The position numbers were made by a program, and so were the translations under genes. From Candidatus Binatia bacterium (lineage in GTDB: Bacteria; Desulfobacterota; Binatia; HRBIN30): a stretch of DNA of 60,818 nt. The notes under the pieces are model-generated. The model did not search any database. It had not been told where the DNA came from and saw nothing but the letters and a program-made list of their open reading frames with translations. The DNA is taken from positions 1 through 60,818 of the forward strand of contig JBBRSP010000035.1 of NCBI GenBank assembly GCA_038245295.1, in the 5' to 3' direction. Positions 50,194-60,813 of this stretch are shown here, in pieces (within the stretch, counting starts at the first letter, position 1; every line of letters starts with the position of its first letter).

Positions 50194-51267
50194 ATGTATC
50201 TGGCACCCAACGAAGAACAGCAGGCCCTCAAGGACGCGGTACGTCGCATCTGCATCGAGCAGGTGACGCCGGAGCGGCTCGCCAATTGGTCGCGCAGCCC
50301 GCTCGGCTACGACGCGGCGATCTGGAAAACCGCCGTTGATCTCGGCTGGCTCGGCCTGGGCGTGGCGGTTCAAGCAGGCGGCAGCGGCCTTGGTCTCAGC
50401 GACGTTGCCATGGTCATTCAGGAATGCGGCCGCGGCTTGATTCCGCGGCCGATCATTAATGCGATTGCCGCCGGCTTCATCCTCAACAAACTCGGTGCAA
50501 GTCAGGTTTTGCTGGCGGCGCAGGCGCGCGGCGACAAGCGAGTGGCGTTTGCCTTTGACGAGGTCGACGCGCAGGAGGCGCAGTACTTTTCGACCGTCGT
50601 CGACAGCGGGTTGGTGCGCGGCGAGAAGTCGTACGTGTCGGACGGCGCCACCGCCGATCTGCATCTCGTCGCCGCACGCGACTCGACCGGGGTGACCCTG
50701 GCGCTGGTCGCACGTCCGGCCGACCTGACACCACAGCGGACCTTCGATGGCGACCGCCAGGCGAGGGTACGCTACGCCGGTGAGGCCTCGCAGAGTATCC
50801 TCAAGCAGGGCCCGGAAGGGGCCTGTTCCCTGGCCGGCACGCGCCGCTGGCTCACGGCACTGGCCTTGGCGGAGATGGTTGGCGGCATGGAGGCGGTGAT
50901 TGAGATGACCGTCGAGTACACCAAACAGCGCGAACAGTTCGGCCAGAAAATCGCTGTCTTTCAAGCCGTGCAGCATCAGGTCGGCGACATGGCGACTGCC
51001 TTTACCAGCGCCCGGCATCTGGCGTGGCAAGCCATCACGCGAATGGAAGCGGGTACGGAAGAGAAGATCGATCTGCCGGCGGCGGCGGCGTTTGTCGGTC
51101 AAGCCTACAAGAAGATCACGCTGGCCGGCCATCACCTGCACGGCGGTGCCGGCTTTGTCGTCGAGCACCCGCTACACTTTTATTCGGAGAGAGCCCAGTC
51201 GTTGTGCATTCGCCATACGCCGGAACGACCGGCGCTTGCGGCGATTGCCAGCCAGTTGCTCGACTAG
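50194..51267 (+). CDS. Acyl-CoA dehydrogenase-like short partner subunit (FadE27/ChsE5-like)
   Basis: 357 aa with REQFG..I..FQAVQH and HGGAGF, but degenerate FAD-binding motifs. Lies directly after the FadE26-like gene. Confidence 0.85.
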   Translation: MYLAPNEEQQALKDAVRRICIEQVTPERLANWSRSPLGYDAAIWKTAVDLGWLGLGVAVQAGGSGLGLSDVAMVIQECGRGLIPRPIINAIAAGFILNKLGASQVLLAAQARGDKRVAFAFDEVDAQEAQYFSTVVDSGLVRGEKSYVSDGATADLHLVAARDSTGVTLALVARPADLTPQRTFDGDRQARVRYAGEASQSILKQGPEGACSLAGTRRWLTALALAEMVGGMEAVIEMTVEYTKQREQFGQKIAVFQAVQHQVGDMATAFTSARHLAWQAITRMEAGTEEKIDLPAAAAFVGQAYKKITLAGHHLHGGAGFVVEHPLHFYSERAQSLCIRHTPERPALAAIASQLLD

Positions 51268-51368
51268 CCGAGGGCCGCGTGCAGCTGGCCGCACCCAGGT
51301 GGGCGGCAACGAGTCGCTCGACGATTGCTGACGTTCCAGGCGACGGGGTCTCGCCCACAGACGCAGGG

Positions 51369-51459
51369 CTCACGCAGAGGTGCAACCACAAAGAAGCAGA
51401 GAGCAAGGACAACAAAGATTCGCCGCCGTTCGCTCCGCGGCTTTGCGTCTCTGCGTGAG
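51369..51459. repeat. Inverted repeat CTCACGCAGAG / CTCTGCGTGAG with degenerate internal units
   Basis: Perfect 11-bp IR with CGCAGAG/GCAGAG/CAAAG-like subunits between. Confidence 0.55.
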
Positions 51460-51601
51460 ATCCCTCAACCGCTGGCAAGCGCGCCGCTGTATCCCGAATT
51501 CCTTTGGGTTGACATTGCATACCACGGTAACGGATACCTTCGACTTGCCCGGGGGCGGGGGGCGAAGTGATCGCGCTGCGGCAACCTGAACCGGAGGCAA
51601 C

Positions 51602-54600
51602 TTGACCACGGGGCTATGTGAGCGTTGGACCGGCGCGCTTCTGGCGTGCGCGACCGCAGTTGTTTGCAACCTGCCCAAGGCGGCGCCTGCAGCGTGCAAT
51701 CTGATCCCAGGAACGATCAAGACGTTCAACTCGGCCCTCGGCGCCACCAACCGGCCGTTTGCCGGACCGGGTGAGAGCCTCGAAGTGCGCTTGCGACCGT
51801 GCGACGTGAGCTCGCCGGGCATCCCGGCATTGCCGGCCGGTAGTGTGGTCACCGTCGTCTTCACACCGCCCAGCGGCACCAAACATGCCGTCATCCTCAC
51901 ATCCGCCGCCGACTGCTCGGCGATCAATCCCTTGCTGGCCGCTTGCAACGCGCAACTAGGCGGCGGCACCTCAAGCTGCGTCAGTGCGCCGACGTCGGGG
52001 CTTCAGGTCGTCGACCGCGACAACGTGCGCTCGCTGCGCTTCGCCTTTCCGGACACCGACGCGTTGATCGGCGCGGTGAATGACGACGTGACCCTCGCCG
52101 GCCAGGCGAAAATCGCCATCAGCCCCGCTGGTAGTCCTCTGCCGTGCGGACTGGCGACACAGACCTGTGGCGCGCAGAGCGGATTGCTGGCTTGCATCGA
52201 CGGCTACTACGCCAACGACGGCAACTGCGGCACCGGTACCCAACTGGCGACATTTCCGAGCTTCACGGCTCTGCCGCCGCCGAACGACTACCAGGCTGAC
52301 TGCTTCGACGATTCGCCGCCGTGCACCGCCAGCGCCACGGAAGTCCGCGCCGCGCTCGACAGCGCTGGGAATCTCCTCACGCCGTTCCGCTGGACCGGCA
52401 TCCTGGTGCGTGACTCCGGTGTGCCGGTGCCACGCCTGCTGCAGAGTCGAATCAAGTCGCCCGTCCCATTCAGCCTCAGCGTTCCGATCTACATCGGTAG
52501 CTACACGCCTGAAGGCGGCCTGCTGCCGCCGATCTTCGAGCCGCAGCGCGACCCGAACGTGATGGATCCGTCCACCGTGTCGCTCTTCGGCAGCGCCGAT
52601 GCGCCCTACACGATCCTGCGCTTCGCCCGTAATCAGGGCACGTGCAGCGGCGGCGGCCGCGATACGCTCGCCTGCTCCAATGACACCGACTGCCCGGGCG
52701 GCAGCTGCTCGAGCAGCGGCGAGAATTTCAACTTCAGTCTCCTGCCGCAGGCGCCGACCGGCGGGCCGATCGTCTTCGCTCGCACCTCGACGGCCGGCTT
52801 CTGCGAGGAAAACGTCGGCATCATGTGCACCGCCAACTGCGGCATGGCCAACGGCCCGTGTGTGAATTACGCCTACGAGGCGCACATCCCCGTTCCCCTG
52901 GAAGGACTGGCCGCGAGCAGCACGAGCCGCACCTTCAGTATTCGTGAATCCATCGACGGGGTTGATCGCAACGGTGACGGCGACACCAACGACACCGTCG
53001 TCGTGTTGCGCGATCGCGTCACCGGCGAGGGCCAGGACCTGGGCGCGTCGCCGATGTGCAGCCTGGCCGGAACGCCGGCGGGGCGCGGCATCGTGCGTGT
53101 GTCGAGTCCACCGTTCACCTTCCCGGCCGTTGCTGTCGAGAACAACGTGATGGCGTTCCTCGAGTCGGAGGTCGATCAGAATCGCTGCGTCGAAAACAAC
53201 GACGAAGATTCCGCCGATGCGCTGCTGCGCATCGAGCGACTCGGGGTCGGCGAGACCAACTACGGTCCGCCGCTGCGCGCCGTCGACGCGGCACCGAAGA
53301 TCAATGCCCGGCCGCTCGTGGTATCGAATGGGAAGGTATTCGTGCGCAGCTGGGAAGCGGCGATGGCCAAGCGGATCACCGAGCGGGTGAGCGTCAGCTC
53401 GAGCGGCGTCGAAGCGAACGGCTTATCGGGATATTCCCCAGCCAAAATTTCCGCGGATGGACGATTCGTCGCCTTCGATAGCCCCGCTACGAATCTCCTC
53501 GGCGCGGGCGTCGACACGAACGGCCTGCGCGACATCTTCGTTCACGATCGGCAAACCGGGACGTTGGAGCGCGTCAACGTTGGGCCCGGAGGCGTTGCGG
53601 CCAATGCCGAGTCGAACCAGTTTGCGCTGTCGGCGGACGGGCGCTTCGTATCGTTTTATAGCTTCGCCACGAACTTGGACGGGCCGGGGGGCGACGTCTA
53701 CGTCCACGACCTGCAGACCGGAGTGACGGAGCGGGTCAGCGTCGGGCCGGGCGGCCTTCAGGCGGACAGCTACTCGCTCAGCACCGACATCTCGGCGGAC
53801 GGGCGCTTCGTGGCTTTCGGTACCACGGCCACCAACCTTACTGGCTCGCCCCTGACCGGGCAAAATAAGCAGATGGTCCACGACCGCTGTTTATCGCACG
53901 GCATCCCAGTGCCGGCATGCACGTCGGCGACGGAGCTGGTCAGCCGCACACCGGGCGGGGCGGAGCCAAATAGCTACTCACAGTACCCAGCGATCTCGGC
54001 GGATGGTCGCTTCGTGGTCTTTCAAAGTGCAGCCACGGATCTGCTGGGAGCCGGCGGCGATACCAATGCAAACATCGACTTCTTCCTCTACGATCGCCAG
54101 ACGGGTGTGACCGTGCGCGTTGGCGGCGGCCCCGGAGGGGTGTTGGAACCCGACGGACCCTCTGGGCTCTTCAGCTCCAGCGCCGGAATCTCCGCCGATG
54201 GACGTTTTGTAGCGTTCGAAAGCAACGCTACGAATCTGCTTGGGCCAGGTGGTGATACCAACGGAGTGGCGGATGCCTTTGTCTACGACCGCGAGACCGG
54301 GATAACCGAGCTCGTGAGCGCCGGGCCCGGCGGCGTGCAAGGCGACGGCGTTTCGGCTGGGCCGAAGATCTCCGCGGACGGGCGCTTCGTCGCTTTTCAG
54401 AGCACCGCAACGAATTTACTCGGACCTGGCGGCGACACCAACGGTCAGACCGATATCTACGTCCACGACCGGGTAACCGGCATCAACGAGCGCGTCAGCG
54501 TCGGGCCGGGCGGCCTTCCGACCGACAACTCTGCGACTGCTCCGGCTCTGTCAGCCGACGGCCAGGTCGTCGCCTTCAACAGCAACGCTACGACGCTCCT

Positions 54601-57600
54601 CGGACCCGGCCACGACACGAACGAAACCGGCGACGTCTTCGTTCGCGCCGCCGACCCTACCGACCCGCTGGGGATCGGCGCGGTGTTGTTCGCCAATGGT
54701 CAGCTCGGCGATACGGTGTTGGAAGCCATCAACGCCTCCTCCGGAGGGGTGACGACATTGTGCCCCGCCGATCAGGTGAGCGTCGCCGCCGGCGCGGCCG
54801 CGTTCTTGCGCCCCGAGGCAGCGAGCGGACTGCCCGCGACACCGGCGTGCCCGAAGGGATCGCTCAACAGTGATGCGGATACTAGCGACCTCGTCGTGCA
54901 GTACTGGTCGGGTTTCGGTGCCGTGCAGAATCTTGGCAAGGCCGCGACGGCAGTATCGCTTTCGTCGTCCTACATCGCCGCTCTCGTTTCCGAGTCGGGC
55001 GAGAATTCTTCCGTGCTCAATGGCGACTCCGACAGCAACGATACGGTTGTCGAGATTCATCCGGCCGGTGCTGGTAGCTGGACCAACACCGGTCAGGCGG
55101 CCGACATCGTGCAGATGACCAATCACTACGCGCTGTTCATCACTCCCGAGGCGGCGCAGGGCGCTGGTCCTCTCAATGGCGACGGTGATTCGACGGATCG
55201 CGTCCTGCAGGTTTTTGACGCGAGCACATCCCAGCTGGCCCCATGCACCCCGGTCATGGGCGCCTCCTGCACGACAGGCGTGCGCCAGGCCGCCGAAGAG
55301 TTTGTGGTCGGTGAGCCGACGGTCACCTCATGTGGCACGCTGCAACTCGTTGCGTTCCGCACGCGCGAGTCGGCGCAAGGTGTGAATCTCAACGCGACGG
55401 CCAACGGTGCTTCCACGGGGGACAGCGACACGAGCGACGACGTGCTGCAGGTCTACGACCTCGTCAGCGGCAACCTGCGCAACACCGGCGTCGCCGTAAC
55501 TCCCTGTCATATTCCAGAGTGTGATCCCCTGTTCCCCTACAAGGTCGAGGGCGGCAAAGTGCGCTTCCTCACGACCGAGGCGGATCAAGGCAATCGCGAT
55601 CTCACCGGCGAAGGTGTTCTCGGCCTCGCCCTGCAGCTCTACGACTTCTGCGGCGACGTGACGACGACGCTCGGTGCAGTGCAGACCGGAGCGGGAAGCA
55701 ACGACGCCGATCCGATCGCGACACACGACAGCAGTGTGGCCCACGTCGTCGAATCGGGTCGTTGTGTGCTCAATACGCCAACTCCGTGTGATCCCCTCAA
55801 TGACCTGTGCGCTGCCGGTGCCTCGTGTGACGCCGACAAATGCGTCGGCAGTGTCTGCTCGCACTACGGCGGCGCCTGTACCGTCGACGGAGACTGTGCG
55901 CGCTGCGTCGTGCACCAACCGGGCACCTGTCAAAGCAACAACGACTGTGGCACCGGTTCCACCTGCCACTCGGTTCTCATCGTTGCGGCCACCGGTCTGG
56001 CCGATCAGGACGACGACGGTGTGCCGGATGACGTCGACAACTGTCCCACCATCCCCAACTCGGATCAGGCCGACCTGGACGGGGACAAGTTGGGTGACGC
56101 GTGCGACCTGCAGACCTGCGGCAATGGCAGCATCGAGCCGCCCGGGGAAACATGTGAAGATGGCAACGCGAACAACCAGGACGGTTGCAAGAACAACTGC
56201 ACCAGTAATGTCTGCGGTGACGGCGTCGTCTATATCGGTGTCGAGGCCTGCGACGACGGCAACGCCGACAACACCGACGCCTGCACCAATACGTGTGAGA
56301 ACGCGCGTTGCGGCGATACGTTTGTTGGGCCGGGCGAGCAGTGTGATGACGGCAACATCGACAACACCGACGCTTGCACCGATACGTGTCAGAACGCGCG
56401 CTGCGGCGATACCTTCGTTGGGCCAGGTGAGCAGTGTGACGACGGCAACGCCGACAACAGCGATGCTTGCACCACGGCGTGTCAGAATGCGCGCTGCGGC
56501 GACGGCTTCGTCGGACCGGGGGAGCAATGTGACGACGGCAACGCCAATGACACCGACGCTTGCACCAACGTGTGTCAGAACGCGCGTTGCGGCGATGCAA
56601 TCGTCGGCCCCGGCGAACAGTGCGATGACGGCAATGCCGACGACCACGACGACTGCCGCAACAACTGCCTGAGCAACGTCTGCGGTGACGGCATACGGAA
56701 CAACCCCTCCACTAGCGAGGAGTTCAGCACGATTCCGTTCCACTACATCGACATCTCCGGCGTCGCCACGCCGTTGACCTTGGACGACGACGAAGTCAGC
56801 AGCGCGCTGCCGCTTGGTTTCAGCTTCACATTCTACGGCAATTCGTTCACGCAAGTGTATGTCAGCTCAAACGGATTCATCGGTTTCGACAGTGGCACGG
56901 GTGATGGCTGCTGCGATGGGCAGGCGTTTCCGTCGCCCGGCTATCCCGGTAACAACCTGGTCGCCGGATTTTGGACGGACCTCAACCCGCCGTCCGGCGG
57001 GACCTACTCCTACGCGCACGTTGGCAACACCTTCGTCGTCCAGGCGGATGCGATTCCTCTCATCAGTGGCGAAGGTACGGTCAGCCTGCAGTTTCAGATC
57101 CACGGCGACAGCAATCGCGTTGAGATCCACTATCAAAACGCGCAACCGGGAATGCAGGTCGTTACAGCGGGCGCCCAAAACAGCGACGCGAGTCAAAGCC
57201 ACCAGCACTACTTCGGTAGCGGCGATCTCGCGAACGTTGCCGTTGCCTACAGCTATCGCACCGGCGAGCAGTGCGACGACGGCAATAGCAACGACAGCGA
57301 TAGCTGCCGCAACAACTGCACGATCAACCTGTGCGGCAATGGCAATGTCGACGCTCCGACGGAGGAGTGCGACGACGCGAACACGACCAATGGTGACGGC
57401 TGCGACAATAACTGCAAGCTGACGGCTTGCCGCAACGGCATTGTCACGAGCGGTGAAGCCTGTGACGACGGCAACAACACCAACGGCGATGGCTGCGACA
57501 ACAACTGCACCGTGACCGCCTGCGGCAACGGCGTGCAGACGGCCGGCGAAACGTGCGACGACGGTAACCTGGGCAATGGCGACGGATGCGACATCAACTG

Positions 57601-58750
57601 CACGCTTACGAGTTGTGGCAACGGCATCGTCACGACGGGTGAGGCCTGCGACGACGGCAACAACGCCAACGGCGATGGCTGCGATAATAACTGCACCGTG
57701 ACCGCCTGCGGCAACGGCGTACAGACGGCCGGCGAAACGTGCGACGACGGTAACCTGGGCAATGGAGACGGATGCGACATCAACTGCACCCTTACGAGTT
57801 GTGGCAACGGCATCGTCACGGCGGGCGAGGCTTGCGACGACGGCAATGCGACGAGCGGGGATGGCTGTCAGGCCGACTGTACGCTGCTACCACCGCACGA
57901 TTCGGTGGTAGCCTCGGTGTCGCCGATCAACATTACGATTCCAAGCGGCGCAACCTCGATCAGCAAGAAGGTGAAAGTGGGTGTGCTGAACGGTGACTTG
58001 CTGCCGGTTCCGGCCTCTCCGGGGCATACGATCAGGCTGAGCGCCACCACGACCTGTGCCGGCGCGACTCTGACGACACCGGACTTCGACCCGGCGCCCG
58101 GCGAGCAGGACACCATCCAGTTAGCCGGCGGTAAGAAGAAGGCCGCCACTCTGCTGCTGACGGTTCCGAGCTCGATCACGTCGCTAAACAAGAAGGCGCC
58201 GGCCCGCTGCAGCGTCACGTTCACCGCACAGGACAATGCGGGAGCCGGGGCGGACCCGGCACCGAGCAACAACACCTACACGGTCGACGTAAACATCGTC
58301 GACAGGAACGATCCAGAGCAGGCGACCACGACCGAATCGGTGATTGCCAGCATGAAGGCGGTCAAGGTAATCGTGCCGCACGCGAAGCCATCGGCGACCA
58401 AGAACGCCGTCGTAAAGGTGGTCAACGCCGACATCCTGCCGATGCCGGCCAACCCAGGACACAGCATCACCGTGCTGGTCGCCGACGGGACGTGCCCGCC
58501 CGGCGCGGTGGGGGTCGTGGACTACGATCCAACCGCCGCCAGCTCCAACTCGGTGACGGTGAAGGGCGGCGCGGCAAAGGCCGGCAAGTCGTTGCTCACG
58601 ATCAACGCGGCGGCGTTCAGCACTGCGAACAGCAAGTCGCCGCGGCGCTGCGTCGCAACCCTGACCGCCAGCGACGCCATCCCGGATGCCGACAGCAGCA
58701 ATAACACGACCTCGCTGGTCATTGACGTGTACGACAAGAACGATTTCTGA
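51602..58750 (+). CDS. Giant secreted protein (2382 aa): PD40/TolB-like propeller, TSP3-like repeat, DUF4215 arrays, NIDO-like domain, duplicated C-terminal domain
   Basis: ISADGRFVAF repeats, DQDDDGVPDDVDNCP, CGDG...E.CDDGN arrays, F.F.FYG..YVSSNG..FWTDL. TTG start with GGAGG RBS. Confidence 0.85.
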   Translation: MTTGLCERWTGALLACATAVVCNLPKAAPAACNLIPGTIKTFNSALGATNRPFAGPGESLEVRLRPCDVSSPGIPALPAGSVVTVVFTPPSGTKHAVILTSAADCSAINPLLAACNAQLGGGTSSCVSAPTSGLQVVDRDNVRSLRFAFPDTDALIGAVNDDVTLAGQAKIAISPAGSPLPCGLATQTCGAQSGLLACIDGYYANDGNCGTGTQLATFPSFTALPPPNDYQADCFDDSPPCTASATEVRAALDSAGNLLTPFRWTGILVRDSGVPVPRLLQSRIKSPVPFSLSVPIYIGSYTPEGGLLPPIFEPQRDPNVMDPSTVSLFGSADAPYTILRFARNQGTCSGGGRDTLACSNDTDCPGGSCSSSGENFNFSLLPQAPTGGPIVFARTSTAGFCEENVGIMCTANCGMANGPCVNYAYEAHIPVPLEGLAASSTSRTFSIRESIDGVDRNGDGDTNDTVVVLRDRVTGEGQDLGASPMCSLAGTPAGRGIVRVSSPPFTFPAVAVENNVMAFLESEVDQNRCVENNDEDSADALLRIERLGVGETNYGPPLRAVDAAPKINARPLVVSNGKVFVRSWEAAMAKRITERVSVSSSGVEANGLSGYSPAKISADGRFVAFDSPATNLLGAGVDTNGLRDIFVHDRQTGTLERVNVGPGGVAANAESNQFALSADGRFVSFYSFATNLDGPGGDVYVHDLQTGVTERVSVGPGGLQADSYSLSTDISADGRFVAFGTTATNLTGSPLTGQNKQMVHDRCLSHGIPVPACTSATELVSRTPGGAEPNSYSQYPAISADGRFVVFQSAATDLLGAGGDTNANIDFFLYDRQTGVTVRVGGGPGGVLEPDGPSGLFSSSAGISADGRFVAFESNATNLLGPGGDTNGVADAFVYDRETGITELVSAGPGGVQGDGVSAGPKISADGRFVAFQSTATNLLGPGGDTNGQTDIYVHDRVTGINERVSVGPGGLPTDNSATAPALSADGQVVAFNSNATTLLGPGHDTNETGDVFVRAADPTDPLGIGAVLFANGQLGDTVLEAINASSGGVTTLCPADQVSVAAGAAAFLRPEAASGLPATPACPKGSLNSDADTSDLVVQYWSGFGAVQNLGKAATAVSLSSSYIAALVSESGENSSVLNGDSDSNDTVVEIHPAGAGSWTNTGQAADIVQMTNHYALFITPEAAQGAGPLNGDGDSTDRVLQVFDASTSQLAPCTPVMGASCTTGVRQAAEEFVVGEPTVTSCGTLQLVAFRTRESAQGVNLNATANGASTGDSDTSDDVLQVYDLVSGNLRNTGVAVTPCHIPECDPLFPYKVEGGKVRFLTTEADQGNRDLTGEGVLGLALQLYDFCGDVTTTLGAVQTGAGSNDADPIATHDSSVAHVVESGRCVLNTPTPCDPLNDLCAAGASCDADKCVGSVCSHYGGACTVDGDCARCVVHQPGTCQSNNDCGTGSTCHSVLIVAATGLADQDDDGVPDDVDNCPTIPNSDQADLDGDKLGDACDLQTCGNGSIEPPGETCEDGNANNQDGCKNNCTSNVCGDGVVYIGVEACDDGNADNTDACTNTCENARCGDTFVGPGEQCDDGNIDNTDACTDTCQNARCGDTFVGPGEQCDDGNADNSDACTTACQNARCGDGFVGPGEQCDDGNANDTDACTNVCQNARCGDAIVGPGEQCDDGNADDHDDCRNNCLSNVCGDGIRNNPSTSEEFSTIPFHYIDISGVATPLTLDDDEVSSALPLGFSFTFYGNSFTQVYVSSNGFIGFDSGTGDGCCDGQAFPSPGYPGNNLVAGFWTDLNPPSGGTYSYAHVGNTFVVQADAIPLISGEGTVSLQFQIHGDSNRVEIHYQNAQPGMQVVTAGAQNSDASQSHQHYFGSGDLANVAVAYSYRTGEQCDDGNSNDSDSCRNNCTINLCGNGNVDAPTEECDDANTTNGDGCDNNCKLTACRNGIVTSGEACDDGNNTNGDGCDNNCTVTACGNGVQTAGETCDDGNLGNGDGCDINCTLTSCGNGIVTTGEACDDGNNANGDGCDNNCTVTACGNGVQTAGETCDDGNLGNGDGCDINCTLTSCGNGIVTAGEACDDGNATSGDGCQADCTLLPPHDSVVASVSPINITIPSGATSISKKVKVGVLNGDLLPVPASPGHTIRLSATTTCAGATLTTPDFDPAPGEQDTIQLAGGKKKAATLLLTVPSSITSLNKKAPARCSVTFTAQDNAGAGADPAPSNNTYTVDVNIVDRNDPEQATTTESVIASMKAVKVIVPHAKPSATKNAVVKVVNADILPMPANPGHSITVLVADGTCPPGAVGVVDYDPTAASSNSVTVKGGAAKAGKSLLTINAAAFSTANSKSPRRCVATLTASDAIPDADSSNNTTSLVIDVYDKNDF

Positions 58751-58804
58751 GGCGGCCAACGCGCCGCTCCCTTGGCGTTTGAACGTGACGAAGGAGTGTT
58801 GACC

Positions 58805-60622
58805 ATGGCGACCAACGCCGCCGACGCGATTTTCTCCAAACTGTTCCTCACCGCCGAAGGGCGCTCCGAGCCCTATCCGCTCTACCATCAGTTGCGCGAA
58901 GCAGCGCCGGTGTTGCGCACCAGTCTCGGGATGTGGGTACTGACTCGTTACGACGACTGCTGGGCCGCGATGCGCGATCCGCGTCTCGGTAAGGACTATG
59001 CCGGCATGATCGAGCAGCGTTTCGGCGCCGATTGGCGCAAACATCCGTCGCTGACATCCGGCGAACACTCGATGCTCAACACAAGTGGTCCGGAGCACAC
59101 ACGATTGCGTAAGCTGGTGACCAAGGCGTTCACGCCGCGCATGATCGAGAACCTCAAGCCGACGATCGAAAGCGTCGTCAACGAGCTGCTCGATCCGGTT
59201 GCCGAGGCCGGCGGCGGAGATATTCTCGAAGCTGTCGGTTTTCCACTGCCGGTCACCATCATCGGTGAAATGCTTGGGGTACCGGTGGCTGATCGCGGTC
59301 AATTCCGCCATATGGTCGGCGACCTGGTCGCCATCTTCGAGATGCAGCCAACCGCCGAGCAGATGGTTGCGGCGGACGCGGCGCAACTAAGCATCAACTC
59401 CTACTTCCTGAACCTCATCGCCGAAAAGCGGCGCAGCCCGGGCACCGACCTGCTGAGCAGCCTGGCGATGGCCGAGGTTGGCGGGGATCGGCTGACCGAC
59501 GACGAGCTCGTCACCCTGGCTGGCCTTCTGTTTGCGGCTGGTTTCGAAACCACAACCAATCTGTTCGGCAATGGCCTGCTGGGACTTCTCAAGGCCCCTG
59601 AGCAATTGGCGCTGTTGCGTCGCGATCCGTCACTGTACGCCAATTTACCCGACGAGCTCCTGCGCTATGACGGCACGGCCCAACTGGTGAATCGGACGAC
59701 CGAGGCGAGCATCGAGATTGGTGGCGTTACCATTCCCGCCGGCGAAAGCGTCTTCACCTTGCTGGGCGCTGCCAATCACGATCCGGCGCGTTTTCCCAAT
59801 CCCGATCGACTCGACGTCACCCGCACCGACATCCAGCCCGTCAGCCTGGGCGGCGGGGTTCACTTCTGCCTCGGTGCGGCCTTGGCGCGCGCCGAAATCG
59901 AGATCACGTTCCGGACCCTGCTGCAGCGCTTCGATCAGATTGAGCTGCGCGACGAACCGCGCTTCCAGGATCGCTTGACCTTGCGCGGACTGATCGACCT
60001 CAATGTCGATTGTCGCACGTCCTCCGGCGCTCGTAGCAGTGTCATCGCCGACACCGCGCCCGTGCCGGGTGCAGCGCCTGAGGCGACGGCAGCGGTGGTC
60101 GTCGAACGCGGCCTGCGACCACGGGCTGGAGCCGACCTGCGCTGGCGTGCCGAGCTGCGCCAACGCACCGAGAGTAACCCTTCCGGCATGGGGTCGGTGC
60201 CGACTCTGACCGGCGACCGCCTTGCCGCGACCGTGGCACTGCTCAAGACGAACAGCTTGTTCGAGCGCTGCACGGATGCGGAGCTCGAGCAGCTCGCCTC
60301 GACCGCTTATCCGATGAGCTTCGACGCCGGCGACCTCTTGTGCGGCGAAGGCGACGAGTCGCCGGAGTGTTACATCATTCAAGAAGGTCAGGCCGTCGTC
60401 ACCATCGGTCGTAAGGGTGTTGCCACGGTTGGCGAACATGACGTCGTCGGCGAGCGAGGCGTGCTGCTCGACACGGTGCGCTCGGCCACCGTCACGGCGA
60501 TGACCCACATGCTCACCTACGCCATCTCGCGCGAGCGATTACGCGCCCTGGTCGACGCCAACCCGGCGACGCGCGAATGGATGTTGGCCGAGATTCGGCG
60601 CCGCTACCCGAAGCTTGGCTGA
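58805..60622 (+). CDS. Cytochrome P450 fused to a C-terminal cyclic-nucleotide-binding domain
   Basis: AGFETT, ELLR and GGGVHFCLG, then L..EGD....YII.EG...VGE.GVL...RSATV. AAGGAG RBS. Confidence 0.9.
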   Translation: MATNAADAIFSKLFLTAEGRSEPYPLYHQLREAAPVLRTSLGMWVLTRYDDCWAAMRDPRLGKDYAGMIEQRFGADWRKHPSLTSGEHSMLNTSGPEHTRLRKLVTKAFTPRMIENLKPTIESVVNELLDPVAEAGGGDILEAVGFPLPVTIIGEMLGVPVADRGQFRHMVGDLVAIFEMQPTAEQMVAADAAQLSINSYFLNLIAEKRRSPGTDLLSSLAMAEVGGDRLTDDELVTLAGLLFAAGFETTTNLFGNGLLGLLKAPEQLALLRRDPSLYANLPDELLRYDGTAQLVNRTTEASIEIGGVTIPAGESVFTLLGAANHDPARFPNPDRLDVTRTDIQPVSLGGGVHFCLGAALARAEIEITFRTLLQRFDQIELRDEPRFQDRLTLRGLIDLNVDCRTSSGARSSVIADTAPVPGAAPEATAAVVVERGLRPRAGADLRWRAELRQRTESNPSGMGSVPTLTGDRLAATVALLKTNSLFERCTDAELEQLASTAYPMSFDAGDLLCGEGDESPECYIIQEGQAVVTIGRKGVATVGEHDVVGERGVLLDTVRSATVTAMTHMLTYAISRERLRALVDANPATREWMLAEIRRRYPKLG

Positions 60623-60679
60623 GATTGATCTTTAGCGGCTTTAGCCTTCGATGGGCATCGCAACACTTCGCAGGCTGAA

Positions 60680-60813
60680 GAGGCTGTCTCAAAACCTTGC
60701 GGAGCCGGCTTCGACAGGCTCAGCCTGAGCGGGTGCTTGGTTGATTTTCAAAGACATTTTGTCCGCTCGCCCTGAGCCCGTCGAAGGGTGAGCCTATGTT
60801 TTGAGACAGCCTC
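60680..60813 (+). mobile_element. MITE family A, complete copy (134 bp)
   Basis: 16-bp TIRs GAGGCTGTCTCAAAAC / GTTTTGAGACAGCCTC. TGAA direct repeats at 60676-60679 and 60814-60817, inside REP CGCAGGC-TGAA-G. Confidence 0.85.
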
